Numbered from the stretch's first letter, positions 26,150-39,543 are shown. The stretch: 64,000 bases of DNA from Octopus vulgaris (GCA_951406725.2 OX597831.1:6882001-6946000), one strand, 5' to 3'. Notes: generated by a model from the letters alone, not told the origin. Program-made: numbers and translations.

Positions 26150-28450
26150 ATAAAATCTTCTGGGAAGGTAACAGTGATGGAATAGGTGGTGTGGGCATAC
26201 TTCTTGCAGAGAAATAGTTGGATAAGGTCATAGAGGTAATCAGAGTTTGCGAGAGAGCATTTGAGCTCAAGCTAGTCTTGCAGAATAGTATAGCTACAAT
26301 TATATCCCACAAGCAGGCCTACCAAATGAACAGAAGGACCACTTTTATGATATTCTTCTGCAGGCTACTTCAAAGACGAGGGACAATGGCTGGGGATGTT
26401 AGTTAGTTAGTTAGTTAATTTTTTGGCTCAAAAAGCAAAATGCAAGGCCATGTAGGGGGACATGGAGTTATGTACAGGGTGGTGTTCATGTAAAGAGTTC
26501 AGGCCACTTGAGGTCAAGGGAGACTTTGAACCAAGCGGTCGTCGGCATCTTGACCATCTCGTCTGGCAGCTTATTCCACGGATCCGCAACCCGGACAGAG
26601 AAAGCCCCTCTCCTTCGTTCAATGGGCATGTCAGACAGCAGCCCGGTATCTTCTATGGTGTACATGGGGGCCATGGAATTGGTTCCCAAAATGAAGAGGG
26701 AACAAGGCTACTGGAGTTCTGTGATGCAAATAACTTTTTGATCTGCAACACCAACTTCAGGAAGCCAGCCATCCACCTGACAACCCACCTGTCAGGTGAC
26801 TCTGCTAGCCAGATCGATTTCATTCTCACCAGACAGTGGGATGCATGGTTGCTCTTAAATACAAAAACCCTCTCTGGTGAAGAATGTACTCCTTAACATA
26901 GCAACTTTAGAATCCAGGCCAGAAGGGTGCCAAGAAGCAGACCAATCTGGAAAAGAAGGATTTGGAAGTTTAAGGACCCTTCATATGGTCAGAGATTTAG
27001 GGACATCCAAACTGAGAAATTTGATGAGAGGGGGAAAGAGCTACAAACTTGTGACATAGAGGAATAGAGGGCAACTGGGAATTCCTATGAGACAGCTTGC
27101 TGAGTGCCACAGACCAAATCTGTGGCTGGTGCAAAGTCCCTTTCAGGCCTAGGGTAATGTGGTGGTGGAACAATACTGTAGACAGGGCCATTAGAGCAAT
27201 CTAGCAAAAACCAAAGTCTTAGTAAGTCGGAAGGCAGACAAATCCCAAATCCCTTCAGGTAGATGGTCCTGCTCAATCTGTAGAAAAGGCATAGGTAGAA
27301 ACTCCATAAGATATACCTGATGTAAGCTATGGACTCATAAGAGGTACAGAAATATCAAAGGAAGGTTAACTGGGAAGATCGTTTTTGTGTGTGGCAGATG
27401 CACAGGGGCAATAAACACCAAAGAGGTACAGAAAACAGATTCCATCACATTCCAGGGAGAAAAACTAGAAGTAGTTGATAGCTTCCATTACCTAGGTGAC
27501 CAAGTCAGTAGCTAGGGGGAGGGGGATGCTGAGAGCGTAGCTGCTAGAATAAGAATAAAGTTCAGAGAGCTCCTACCTCTGCTGGTAACAAAGGGCCTCT
27601 CACTCAGAATGAAAGGTAGACTGTATGATGTATGTGTGTGAACAGCCATGCTACACAGCAGTGAAACATGGGCTGTGACTGCTGAGGACATGCATAAGCT
27701 TGCAAGAAATGAAACTGGTATTCTCCGCTGGATGTGTAATGTCATTGTGTATGTTCGACAGAGTGTAAGCACACTGAGAGTAAAGATGGGCGTAAGAAGC
27801 ATCAGATGTGGTGTGCAAGAGAGACGACTGTGCTGGTTGGGTCATGTGTTGCATATGGGTGAGGACAGCTGTGTGTAAAAGTGTTACAACCTAACAGTGG
27901 AGGGGACCTGTGGAAGAGGTAGATTCAGGAAGGCATAGGATGAGATGGTGAAGCACAACCTTCAAACGTTGGGCTTCACAAAGGCAATGACAAGCAAGCA
28001 AGACCTTTGGAGATATGCTGTGCTTGAGAAGAGCCAGCAAGCCAGGTGGGATTGTAGCCCTGGCCAATGCCAGTGTTGCATAACCGGTCTGTTTAAAAGC
28101 ACCCTTCAATCATTGAATAATATGCTGTGCTGTTGAGTCAAGCGAAATCGTTGTCATGGCCAATGCCAGTGCCACCTGACTGGCACTTGTGCCAGTGGCA
28201 TGTAAAAAGCACCATTCGAGCGTGGTCGACGCCAGTACCAACTGACTAGCCCCTGTGCCAAAAGCAAGTAAAACGCACCCACTACACGCTTGGAGTGGTT
28301 GGCATTATGAAAGGCATCCAGCTGTAGATACCTTGCCAGATCAGATTGGAGCCTGGTACAGCCTCCTGGCTTGCCAGTCCTCAGTCAAAACGTCCAACCC
28401 ATGCCAGCATGGAAAGCATATGTTAAACGATGACGACGACAATGATGATG
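26150..28450 (+). mobile_element. Degraded, internally deleted RTE-clade LINE with 3'UTR and (GAT)n tail
   Basis: APE endonuclease motifs GVGILLAE, AGD/FNGHV, GGHGIGSQNEEGTRLLEFC and SQIDFIL; late RT motifs LEVVDSFHYLG and MLHSSETW. Many stops; most of the RT core is missing at about 27200. Confidence 0.9.
26398..26617 (-). mobile_element. CR1-type LINE 3' fragment nested in the RTE
   Basis: Encodes FSVRVADPWNKLP..FKVSLD and has a (TAAC)n tail. It splits the RTE GD|FNGHV motif exactly. Confidence 0.85.
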
Positions 28451-28579
28451 ATATATATATATTCTGTAAGTTTAAAACCTTTCATTGGATCTCCATGAAT
28501 CGAACTTTCTTCAATGCAGTTAATCTTACACCCTCTTTTGTATCTACCCCTTTAGATGTTTGGGAATTCTCTGATGTTT

Positions 28580-28667
28580 TTTCGGCTGACGAGTACGAGC
28601 CATCTGTATTCACTGCATTTTTTGTAGCTTATTAAAGATGTCCTCGTACGAAACGATTGTACCGAGA
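28580..28667 (+). ncRNA. Type-I hammerhead ribozyme, intact core
   Basis: UUUCGG-CUGACGA(28586-28592)-GUACGAG..CUCGUAC-GAAA(28650-28653)-CGAUUG-UA-CCGAGA. Six-bp stem I, perfect 7-bp stem II with canonical G10.1-C11.1, predicted cleavage after A28661. Confidence 0.85.
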
Positions 28668-28693
28668 TTTTAATCCATTCTTGTTGCTTTTTT

Positions 28694-28732
<39 letters not shown>

Positions 28733-28855
28733 TCATCATTTAACATCTGCTTTCCATGCTGGCATGGATTAAATGGCTTGACTGGAACTGGTTAGCCAAA
28801 GAGATGCACCAAGTTCCAGTCCGATTTGGCATGGTTTCTATGGCTGGATACCCTT

Positions 28856-28889
<34 letters not shown>

Positions 28890-30130
28890 CACAATATATA
28901 GAAGATATTAACAGAAAAAGTTGAACCAGAGAGCAATTATTGCCAAAAATAATGCAGCAACAATTCCACAAATGAGCAAAAGCTACTGGAAAGCTATAGA
29001 CATCTGGCTGGAATAGACATATGCTTAAAATGGACTGTCAAAGACATATTTGTGGCTTCATTTCCTCATGTCTAAAAGAACATGTATTGACCTCAACCAA
29101 TGCCTTGTGAGTGAATTTAGGAGACAGAAACTGTGTGGAAGCCAACTGTATACATATGGGGCAGTTATCTACCCTGTCAGTATATAGAAATGTGCTTTTA
29201 CACAGCTATAAGAGGTTGATGGAGTTGACGTGATCAACTTATTCTTTCCCCAGAAGTTGCTTTGTGTCAAAATCAGAAAGAATTTTATGAATATTTTTCC
29301 ATGACCATTGTTCTGCTGAATATTCCTTTCTTGTTCCTCCTGTTAAGGTTACTAATCATCTTTCTAATTCCTTTCCAGTTGTCATTTCCTCTTTCTCGTA
29401 AAATGAATTTTTACTTCAACAGTTTCTTTCCTCAAACATCTGCTTTATGGAATCCTCTTCCTTCTTTTATTTATTTATTTTTTTTTTTTTGCTGATAAAT
29501 ATAATCTTAATTCTTTTAAATCTTGTGTTGATCATTTTATTGTTTTATGGTTTTTAAGGAAGCTTCTCATTTATGTTTGTTTTATATTCATCCTTTTGTT
29601 TTCTAACTTCCAACATTCTTAGTGGTTGCTTGCTTAAGGCCTGTTTCATTGCTGGTTGTTTGTCACATTGTTCAGAGTGACTTTCAATAAAAAGATTTTT
29701 AAAAATTTATCTTAAAATATATATTGCAAAAAAATTAAATGGCAATATTTATCTATAAACATCCAACTGTCGTTTCTGTTATAATAATTCCTAGCTGCCT
29801 CTGAGAATTTCGTCTAATCTTGTCAAAAGTGTCAATGGGGTGTCAACACATCACTTATCCTACTTAAACAAGTTTACAGTTAGTTTGTAAATGTTTAACT
29901 TGGTAATCCAGCAGTAATCTATACAAAGGCCGCTATTTTGTCAATGTGGTTTCAACAAAGAGTTATAGAGTTAATCCATAATTAATAAAGATGGGCATGA
30001 GAAAAAAAGTCTGCCTTCTGCACGTGGGATATTGTTTAAACAGAGGCGTATAAATGTGTGGATTTCTTCAATGTTTACACACATGCATTTGTATGAATGT
30101 ATACCTTTTTCACACAAACACACACACGTA

Positions 30131-31047
30131 TGAGGGGGTACCCCAAAGAAACCGGAATTTTGCAATATTATTCTATTCACTTTGTTTTACATGTTGACAC
30201 TTTTGTCACCTTCAAAGAATTCTTCATTTGAAGCAAAGCTTCGGTCCAGACGTGTTTTCCTCTGTTTGAAGCAATGCTAGAACTCTTGCAATATGATGCC
30301 TTTTGGTGCCTCTGTTGTTTTTTTTTCTTCACCTCTTCCACATCTGCAAATTCCATAGCACCAGCTTTTGTCACCAGTGACGACCATCAAAAGAAGGTCT
30401 GAATCAACTTCCAACTGTTCTTTCAGTTCACAACACGCATTCAGTCTTGACTGCTTTTGATCTTCCGTGAGAAAGCGAGGCACAACATTTTGCTGCAACT
30501 CTTTTCATTCGCAATTCCTCACTCAAAATTCATTGGGAGGAGCTTCAGGACACACCAGTCATATCAACAAGTTCATCAATTGTCCAGTAATGGCCTCCAA
30601 GATTAGTTCATAAATTTTCATGATGCGTCCATTCGTTCAGGAGGTCAACAGTTTTGCCCTAAATGAAATTGATCTTCTGGTAACAAGTGACCATTACTAA
30701 AGCACAAAAACCACTCATAACTTTGTGTATTTGCTTTTGGCAGCACACTTGCAAGCAGTTTGAAGTATGACAATTGATTTGACCTCTGTTTTCCCCAGCA
30801 GAAAACAGAATTTCATGGAAGCATGCTGTTCCTTCATTTCAACCATCGCAAAAATTGACAAACAGGGGAGAAGCACTGCAAAACAAAGATGCACCAGGTA
30901 ACAGTAACAGTACAACTTCACTAAGCACTGCCAGTTAGAAGACTGATGCCTGAGGGTCGCATCAAGTGGCTTCTAGTGGTGGAAGCCTGAACTACAATGG
31001 GCGTGTCTCACAGAGAACATTTCTGGTTACTTTTGAGTACCTCCTTG
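30131..31047 (-). mobile_element. Internally deleted mariner, same family as 15597-16939
   Basis: TA-flanked matching TIRs; VVPRFLTEDQKQSR..VTGDKSWCYG is joined directly to FADVEEVKK. Confidence 0.92.
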
Positions 31048-31159
31048 TATGTGTCCCCATACAAATATATCTATATGTACTCATGTATGCACCTCTCTCT
31101 CCTTATAAGAATGCATACATATATGTATTCTTTTCTGGAATATTGAAACTCGAAGCAGA

Positions 31160-31395
31160 TAAAGCTATAAATAATGTCATGTAAATATTGAGTTAGAAAA
31201 ACCCTTTTGGATAGAAAACGTTGAAGGTTGCCCCTTCAACAAGAATCAACATCTTCTGTGAACATGACAGACATTCTACCACTGGACTAAAGCAATCCCT
31301 GGGTTTCAATCTCATGGGCAACCTTCAATGTTTTCTATTCAAAGTTTTTTTAATTTTTTAATCCAATATATACACTCTGATAATTGTAGCTTTTA
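31160..31395. repeat. Degenerate inverted-repeat (MITE-like) element
   Basis: TTTGGATAGAAAACGTTGAAGGTTGCCC pairs with GGGCAACCTTCAATGTTTTCTATTCAAA, with weaker outer pairing. Confidence 0.65.
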
Positions 31396-31656
31396 TATAT
31401 ACTTTGAGTTTCAATGTTCCAAAAAAGAATTATCTCCAAAAGAGAAATATTTCACATACATTTCAAAGTTTTGAAATGCTTATGACATCAACAATGTGCA
31501 CACACACACACACATGTGCATGTGCATGCACATTTTTTATACATATACATATTTGCATATATATATATATATATGGACACACACATATATATAAACATAC
31601 TTATGAATATACATATTTACACACAAAACAACAGTTTCATACAGAATAAAAAGATA

Positions 31657-32005
31657 TCATCATCATCATCATCATCATCATCGTTTAACGTCCGTTTTCT
31701 GCGCTAGCACGGGTTGGACGGTTCGACCGGGGTCTGGGGAGCCAGGGGCTGCTCCAGGCTCCAGTCTGATCTGGCAGTGTTTCTACAGCTGGATGCCCTT
31801 CCTAACGCCAACCACTCCGCGAGTGTAGTGGGTGCTTTTTACGTGCCACCTGCACAGGTGCCAGAGGGGTCTGGCATCGGCCACGATCGGTTGGTGCTTT
31901 TTATGTGCCACCGGCACAGAAGCCAGTCGAGTCGAAGCTGGCATCGGCCACGTTTGAATGGTGCTTTTTATGTGCCACCGGCACAGAAGCCAGTCGAGGC
32001 GGGGC
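31657..32005 (-). mobile_element. RTE 3'-end element, young-looking CpG-rich copy
   Basis: Family consensus with three GTGCC/GGCAC modules and a (CAT)n tail. Confidence 0.85.
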
Positions 32006-32252
32006 TATATTGTCACCATCATCATCATCGTTTATTGTCCATTTTACATGCTACCATGGGTAAGATAGTTTTACTGGGGTTGGTAAGTCAGAGAGCTGCA
32101 CTGGGATCCAGTCTGTTTTAGCTTGGTTTCTATGGCTGGATGCTCTCCCTAATACCATCGTGTCACTGGCATGGGTGTCTTTTACATATATTTGGGACTG
32201 GCCAGGAATACTGTTTCCCTTAGTTTTCTGTATCTTCTCAAGCACAGCAACT

Positions 32253-32635
32253 GTAGAGGCACAATGGCCCAGTGGTTAGGGCAGCGGACTCGCGGTCGGA
32301 GGATCGTGGTTTTGATTCCCAGACCGGGCGTTTTGTGTGTTTATTGAGCGAAAACACCTAAAGCCCCACGAAGCTCCGGCAGAGGGTGGTGGCGACCCCT
32401 GTTGTACTCTTTTGCTCCAACTTTCTCTCACTCTTTCTTCTTGTTTCTTGTCCCCGACTTCCTACGCAACCGCTGAGCCTGGATGTGCATTCATCCATCC
32501 GTCGATGCTCTCGGTGTCGGGGGTTGACTTGCTTTCTCTTCTGCGGGTCTTACGAATAGCAAAGGACCACGTTTCGGACTTCTCCCATCTTGCGAGCTCT
32601 GGGACTAAGACCGTTCGCTCAATATCAACAGCAAC
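32253..32635 (+). mobile_element. SINE group A, tail type 2, with 12-bp TSD
   Basis: TSD AGCACAGCAACT at 32241-32252 and 32636-32647. Confidence 0.9.
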
Positions 32636-33489
32636 AGCACAGCAACTTGCCAAAAGCCTCCATCACTTGTCACCACCTCCATAAGACTCAACATCCAAAG
32701 ATCATATTTCCCCACCTCATTCCATGTCTTCCAAAGTCTACCTCTTCCACAGGTTCCCTCCACAGGCAATGATCAGCACTTCTTTCTTGCAGCTGTCCTC
32801 ATCCATATGCATCATATGACCATGCTGGTTCAGTCTTCTCTCTTGCCCTCCACATCTGATACCTCTTATGCCCAATTTTCCTCTCAAGATGCTAACATTC
32901 TGTCGCACATGCACACTGACATTGCACATCCAGCAAAGCATATTGACTTAATTTCTTTCAAGACTTCACATAGCCTCTGCAGTCACAGCCCATGTTTCAC
33001 TGCTATGTAGCATGGCTGTTCACACACAGGCATCATACAATCTGCTTTTCACTCTGAGGGTGAAGTTGTTTGTTACCCACAAAGGTAGAAGCTCTCTGAA
33101 CTTTGCTCAGCCTATTCTCATTCAAGTAGCTATGCTCTCAGAGTATCCTCCTTCTCTGCTGACTCGGTCATCTAAACAACAGAAGCTATTAACTACTTCT
33201 AAGCATCCCACCTGGCATTTGACAAAGACTATTTTCTGCACAATTCTAGTGTTCTTTGTTCCTATATAACTGCCACACACAACAACTACTTTCTCTGTTA
33301 ACCTCCATCTGATACTGCTGCACCTCTTATGTGTCCATAACTTGCACCGGGTGCACCTTATGGAGTTTCTACCTATACCTTTTCTACATATCAAGCAGAG
33401 GGGTTTGTGATTTGTCTGTTTTCCTACTTACTAGGACTTTGGTCTTTGCTAAATTAACTCTAAAGCACTTTGATTCCAAACCTTGCTTC

Positions 33490-33797
33490 ATCATCATTAT
33501 AATCATCATCGTTTAACGTCCGCTTTCCATGCTAGCATGTGTTGGACGATTTTGACTGAGGGCTGGCGAACCAGATGGCTGCACCAGGCTCCAATCTTGA
33601 TTTGGCAGAGTTTCTACAGCTGGATGCCCTTCCTAACGCCAACCACTCCAAGAGTGTAGTGGGTGCTTTTTACATGCCATTGGCACGGAGCCAGTCAGGT
33701 GGTACTGGCAACGACCTAGCTCGAATCTTTTTACACATGCCACCAGCACAGGTACCAGTAAGGCGACGTTGGTAACGATCACGCTCGAATGGTGCCC
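33490..33797 (-). mobile_element. RTE 3'-end element nested in the RTE RT region
   Basis: Family consensus; RT sequence resumes on both sides. Confidence 0.8.
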
Positions 33798-34159
33798 ACA
33801 TACCTGAAATTTTGTCTCTAGTTCTGGTAGTGATTCAGCTATTAAAACAAAGTCATCAACATAGGGGCAGCCCATCTTAAATCCCTCTGTTATAGGCTAG
33901 AGAACTATGATGAACAAGAGAGGGCTGAGGACCGATCCCCAGTGAACTCCTATATGTACACTGAATTCATTGTTAACTTTCACCTTACTGACAGCATCCC
34001 TGTACAGCTCTCACCAGCCACTCATCTATCCCTAGATAAGGGAGCAAAAATAATTTGTAAAAAAGGCACCTGAGATTGATGCAGAGAAACAATCAAATAA
34101 AGCAATCAACATCTTTCCCTGTGACGATTTCTATCCTTATTAACTGTGTCTGTGTTATG

Positions 34160-34590
34160 ATATGATTGTTACCAGCGTCGCCTTACTGGCACTTGTGCCT
34201 GTGCTAGTAGGGTGCCAAGAGCACCATCCGAGCTTGAACGTTGCCAGAGCAGCCAACTGGTTTCTGTACCTGTGGCACGTAAAAGGGCACCATTCGAGCG
34301 TGATCGTTACCAACGTCGCTTCACTGGCACCTGTGCCGATGGCATGTGTAAAAAGATTCGAGCAAGGTCATTGCCAGTACCGCCTGACTGGCCCCTGTGC
34401 CTGTGGCACGTAAAAAGCACCCACTACACTCTCGGAGTGGTTGGCGCTAGGAAGGGCATCCAGCTGTAGAAATTCTGCCAGATCAGATTGGAGACTGGTG
34501 CAGCCATCTGGTTTGTCAGACCTCAGTAAAATCGTCCAACTCATGCTAGCATGGGAAGCGGACGTTAAACGATGATGATGATGATGATGA
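34160..34590 (+). mobile_element. RTE 3'-end element
   Basis: Family consensus with (GAT)n tail. Confidence 0.85.
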
Positions 34591-35261
34591 CTGCTATCCA
34601 TTCTGGCATGGTTTGGACTTTGTAGGTACATATCTATAAAACTGAGATAATTTCAGCCTTCATAACACCAATGTTGGTACAAGGAAGTTGATAACATCCA
34701 CACAAACCTTCAGCTTAATTAATATCATTAATCATGTGTTTCTATCTATCTCAATATAAAGTTGATTAGTTATTGGACATTTGGGTTTCAAATCATTGTT
34801 TTTTAATTATGATTTGTGTTTATCAATTTAATCTTCTATTATGGGGGCAGATTTATCTGTTAATATCTCAGCAGACATTTGTTTCTGATTAAGTATTCAG
34901 TGTATTGCTTAACCACTTTTGTTGTTTACAGGTGTGATTATAGGGATTAAACAGGTACACTTAACCACAGTTAATCCCAAAACCCATTTATATATACTTG
35001 CAGAAATACTGACCCCAAGGCAGTATTTCTGGTTGTCATTATGTTAAGGATGTACAACATGCATGCATGAATACATACTGCTCTCTTTTTTTTCTGTCTT
35101 TTGACCTTCTCCAACAAGAAAGAAAGCCACCAAGTGGTTCTTAATTGCATCACTAGGGTTGTGGATTGATAGAATTGTTAAAACATTGGACAAAATTGTC
35201 TTGCAGTATTAAGTTATGACTCTTCAGAGCCTGAGTTCAATTCCTACCAAGACCAACTTTG

Positions 35262-35652
35262 GGATCTTTTCAGTTTGACCGGAAGTTTTTTTTTATAATT
35301 TCCACGTAACTAAACACTTTTAAACTTCGTATACTGGTAGAATTTGCCTATAAAACATCTTTTTCTCTTGGCTTTCTTGAGAAAATTCTATGAGTAAGAT
35401 ATTTGTTGCTTTTTTTATTCAATTTCTGCAATTTCAACCAATCAATGACGTCTATTGAGGTAAAAAACATTCTGTGCCATATGAATATGTCCCTCGTTTA
35501 AGAAACAGATTGGGTTTATTTACATTTCTGAAGAAAAAAAGATACCCTAACCCTAACCCTAAAACAGATTGAAATGCAATAGATCAATAATTATGGGTGA
35601 CAATTTCATATGACACCGCTAGAAAAAACTGCCGTTCAAACCGAAAAGATCC
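35262..35652. mobile_element. MITE with about 27-bp TIRs, 8-bp TSD and internal (CCCTAA)3
   Basis: TIR GGATCTTTTCAGTTTGACCGGAAGTTTTTT / AAAAAACTGCCGTTCAAACCGAAAAGATCC; TSD CAACTTTG at 35254-35261 and 35653-35660. Confidence 0.9.
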
Positions 35653-38600
35653 CAACTTTGCCTTTCATATGTAAAAGGTTAATAAAATAAAGTATCATCC
35701 AAATATTTGGATTGATTTACTTAATTTGTCTTCTTGCAGTATTAAGTTATGACTCTTCAGAGCCTGAGTTCAATTCCTACCAAGATCAACTTTGCCTTTC
35801 ACATGTAAAAGGTTGATAAAATAAAGTATCGTTCAAGTATTTGGATTGGTTTACTTAATTTGTCTTCTTTCTTCAATTGTTAGAAATCATTAGTGAAAGA
35901 TTTGTAGAATGGTTAGAGCATCAGCAAAAATGCCTTTGTGCTATTTTATCTCCTTCCCAATTTATAAGTGGCTTGTGTCAACATAGAATTGTAATTATTT
36001 CTAATTCTGTTGAATTGGGGTTTGTTTTGCAATCTTTCTAGTAACAACAATCAACGACAGGCACTCATTGGGTCCCCCCCCCCCACCTGTCTCTTTATCA
36101 AAATGTTTAAATGATCAACACTTTTTCAATTCAGTTGGGCTGAGATTAATTTCCTATCAGACTTTATTATTCCAGCAAGAATATGAATTGTGGCAAATAT
36201 TCTTAAACTTACAGGATTAACTTTTTGATGTTGCAGGTCTTAGTTGTATCGTTCTTGACATTGTATTGACTTGGTGCTTCACCAATGTTCCGATCAGATT
36301 GGATTTCGGTAGGATTGTTCAAAAGAATCTTATTTCATTGGTAAACTAATAAATTAAATATGCCAAACGATTAATTAAACTCTGGGTCCTTTGTCACTGA
36401 AGGAAAACTATTTACAACACACCTATGAACCATCACAAATACAACAGTTCACTTTTTCGAAATTATTTATTATAAAAGTGATTATTTTTTGCAGCAATAA
36501 CTCTAACTTCAGGGACCAAAACTTTTCCTTCATTTAAAAAATTTTTTTGTATATTCTTCCACTTATTTTTAAAATTATTATTTCCCTAATATTGTAAAGA
36601 TTTACAGACGTTTTAGGAATGAGTTTATAGGACAGAAAGCAGAACTCATTTGTAAATCTTTTCTTGAAGAAGATCTTGCGAGTGAGCGGCATTAACCATT
36701 TCAAACTGACCGGCACCTCCTCACAGACTCACTCGTCACAACAATTTTAAGAATTTCCGCCTCTGTACTTCTTTCTTACTTAGTTATCTCTGTTACTTCA
36801 GGATTCAATATAAAAACAAAATATGGACCATTTCGTGGTAAAATAATTGAATAAATCCCAAATCATAGAAATGGCTATATTTTAATCTCTCTTTTATTAA
36901 TTGAATTCCTTTTAAAAGGTTATTGACGGCATAGAAGATTTACGCCGAAGGTAGTATTTTTGTAGCGGGGACAAAATATGGTGAACACCGATTACTGCAG
37001 TGTCCGCTCAACTTTATTATTGTTTTTCTCTTAAATCTGTCATTTATTGTAAATTGTCATCGCATCTGGTTTAGATTTCTTTAAACAGCTTTTATCTGTT
37101 GTTTAACTAAGTATAAAGATTTCGTTTTATCCTCGGTTACATTACATTATCAATATTTTTGCAGTTTATAATATTAATTGTTTCAATATTAATTGATTTT
37201 GAGACGATTTTGATTCGAATATAAAATATTTCGGTTTTTTAAAAGTTCATATTAAAAGTCTTCTTCGTGGCTAATAAAGAAGTTTGGCGACCAGTTGAAG
37301 TTAAATTCACACTATTTAGGATTTTTAATATATTTGGGAGAGACGTGAACGTCAAAACTTAGGAATTCTTTAAAATAGTCTTGTTTTGTCTGTCCAACTA
37401 AAACTGCATCGAAGCAGTGACGGATTCTTAAATTAAGGTTTTGTGAGAATGTAATGCATAATAAACGAAATCATGTTTCAGATATTGTCTTCTTATTCAG
37501 AGTATATGTGTGAAACAATGCTGATGATGATGATATCCTCCGTTCGTAGCAAAAAAATGTTCACTGGTTTCCAACCCAAGAAATATATTTTTAAAAGTCC
37601 CCACCCATTATTACCGATTTAAAGCCTCCCTCTCTCACAGATCTCTTCTCAACCGAATAACCAACGTTTTTACAGCGACTGGTTATTGATTGAGTAAATT
37701 ACATAACATAATATTATTTTATACTCTTAATTTTTAATACAGAAGCAATTAATGATTATTAAGCGTAAGCAATATTTAATGCCCAACACGCGACGCCCAT
37801 TCTCAAGCGGCAACTGCAGTTTACGTAGCTAAAATGGCTGCACATTTGCTGGGTGAGGTTTTATTCTAATTGACTAAATTATTCATTTTTCTGACCATGG
37901 ATTTTGTCATTTAAACTGTGGAAGTAGTTTCAATAAAGAATAAGCTTTTTTTTTTTTTTACTTATTTATAAAGTTGACTTAACGTTTTTAGTTTTATCTT
38001 TATACACTGTCGTCGGTGGATTAGGTATCATAACCTGTTAGGATATCGATACCAAAAGGATCATGTTTACCAGGTGGCAGATACTACAAGAGTATTTATG
38101 TTATGAATACTTGTCCTACATTTGGTAAATTTGGCTGTAAAATATTTTTCAGTTATCAGAATTATCAAATTAACGGGAAGAAAGTTTGTTTCCTCACTAA
38201 TTCATACGAATACAGACGTCCACGCATTGATTAACTCGAGTATTGAATCTTAAGTTAGCACTGATGAAGTTTAATATCACAAAATTACTCCGAAAGCTCT
38301 AAATAATGTTAGCCGTATACACATTTCAGGTAGCTGAATTTTTGTCTCACTAAATCCTAAATATTTCGTAAAAATTTGATATGCAATGAGCATTAGATAG
38401 AGACTTATGCAACTAAGAAATAGAGCGATATACTGACACAGACAAGCAGAAAGTTTGGTGCGAATGGGTGCTAGGTGTAGCAGGTACTGACTGTGAGTAA
38501 CGGAAGGAGTGATGGATTTAGGCATAAGAAAAAGCAGGCTACAGGTTTTGGCATCAAAATCCACAGGGGGTCTTAGTGAATAAGTATAATATTAAAAAAA

Positions 38601-39054
38601 TATATATATATTTAATTTTTTGAGCTCCACTGATGTAATTTTTAAACAAGAAGCCTGTTTTGTATAGCGAAATCCAGCACCGGATGGAAAGAATGTTGAG
38701 TTTGGGTGATTGAAGAGTTTTTACATGTGAAAACTATTTGGTGACAAGACGAAGGTCCTGAAGACAGACAATTTCAGAGAACTTTTGTTGAGTGTGTTAA
38801 GTCAGAATGCTACTATTAGAGCTACTTTAGTTAAGGGGAGGCATGTAGAAGGGTTCTTGTTGTAGAGACTTTGGCAAAGAACTAGGAGGCTCTTGCAGTT
38901 TAGGAACAAGAAGAGCTGACAGGTTGAGCAATGCAAAAAGGTAGGCTGTGTTTCTAAAATAGTAGTCTTTCAAGTGTTGCTATGGTAGATAACTTTCCCC
39001 AGAAATTGTAATCTCTATTTTTGTTCATACTGCAGCAGCACAGTAAGAAAACAT

Positions 39055-39543
39055 AGAGCGGCTAACTGGCTTCTGTGCCAGTGGCACTTAAAAGGCACCA
39101 TTTGAGCGTGATCGTTATCAGTGTCGCCTTACTGGCACTCGAGCCCCGTGCTAGTAAGGTATTAAGAGCACCATCTGAGCGTGATCATTGCCCGAGCGGC
39201 TATCTGACCTCTGTGCCGGTGGCACATAAAAGACACCATTCGAGCCTGATCGTTACCAGCATCACCTTACTGGCACCTGTGCCGGTGGCATGTGTAAAAG
39301 ATTCGAGCGAGGTCGGCGCCAGTACCGCCTGACTGGCCCCATGCCGGTGGCACGTAAAAGCACCCACTACACTCTCTGAGTGGTTGGCATTAGGAAGGGC
39401 ATCCAGCTGTAGAAACTCTGCCAGATCAAGATTGAAGCCTGGTGCAGCCATCTGGTTCTCCAGCCCTCAGTCATTCGTTCAACCCATGCTAGCATGGAAA
39501 GAGGACATTAAACAATGATGATGATGATGATGATGATGATGAT
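39055..39543 (+). mobile_element. RTE 3'-end element
   Basis: Family consensus, multiple modules, (GAT)n tail. Confidence 0.85.

Larger units (their letters stand above)
32010..34035 (-). mobile_element. 5'-truncated RTE LINE interrupted by two later insertions
   Basis: RT motifs GVHWGSVLSPLLFIIVL, YVDDFVL and LEVVNSFCCL; the C-terminus matches 27500-28030. Confidence 0.85.

Noticed and set aside
38255-38310. CTGATGA-AGT..ACT-CC-GAAA-GCTC-TA
   Set aside because: No stem I pairing and an irregular stem II; possible chance match.
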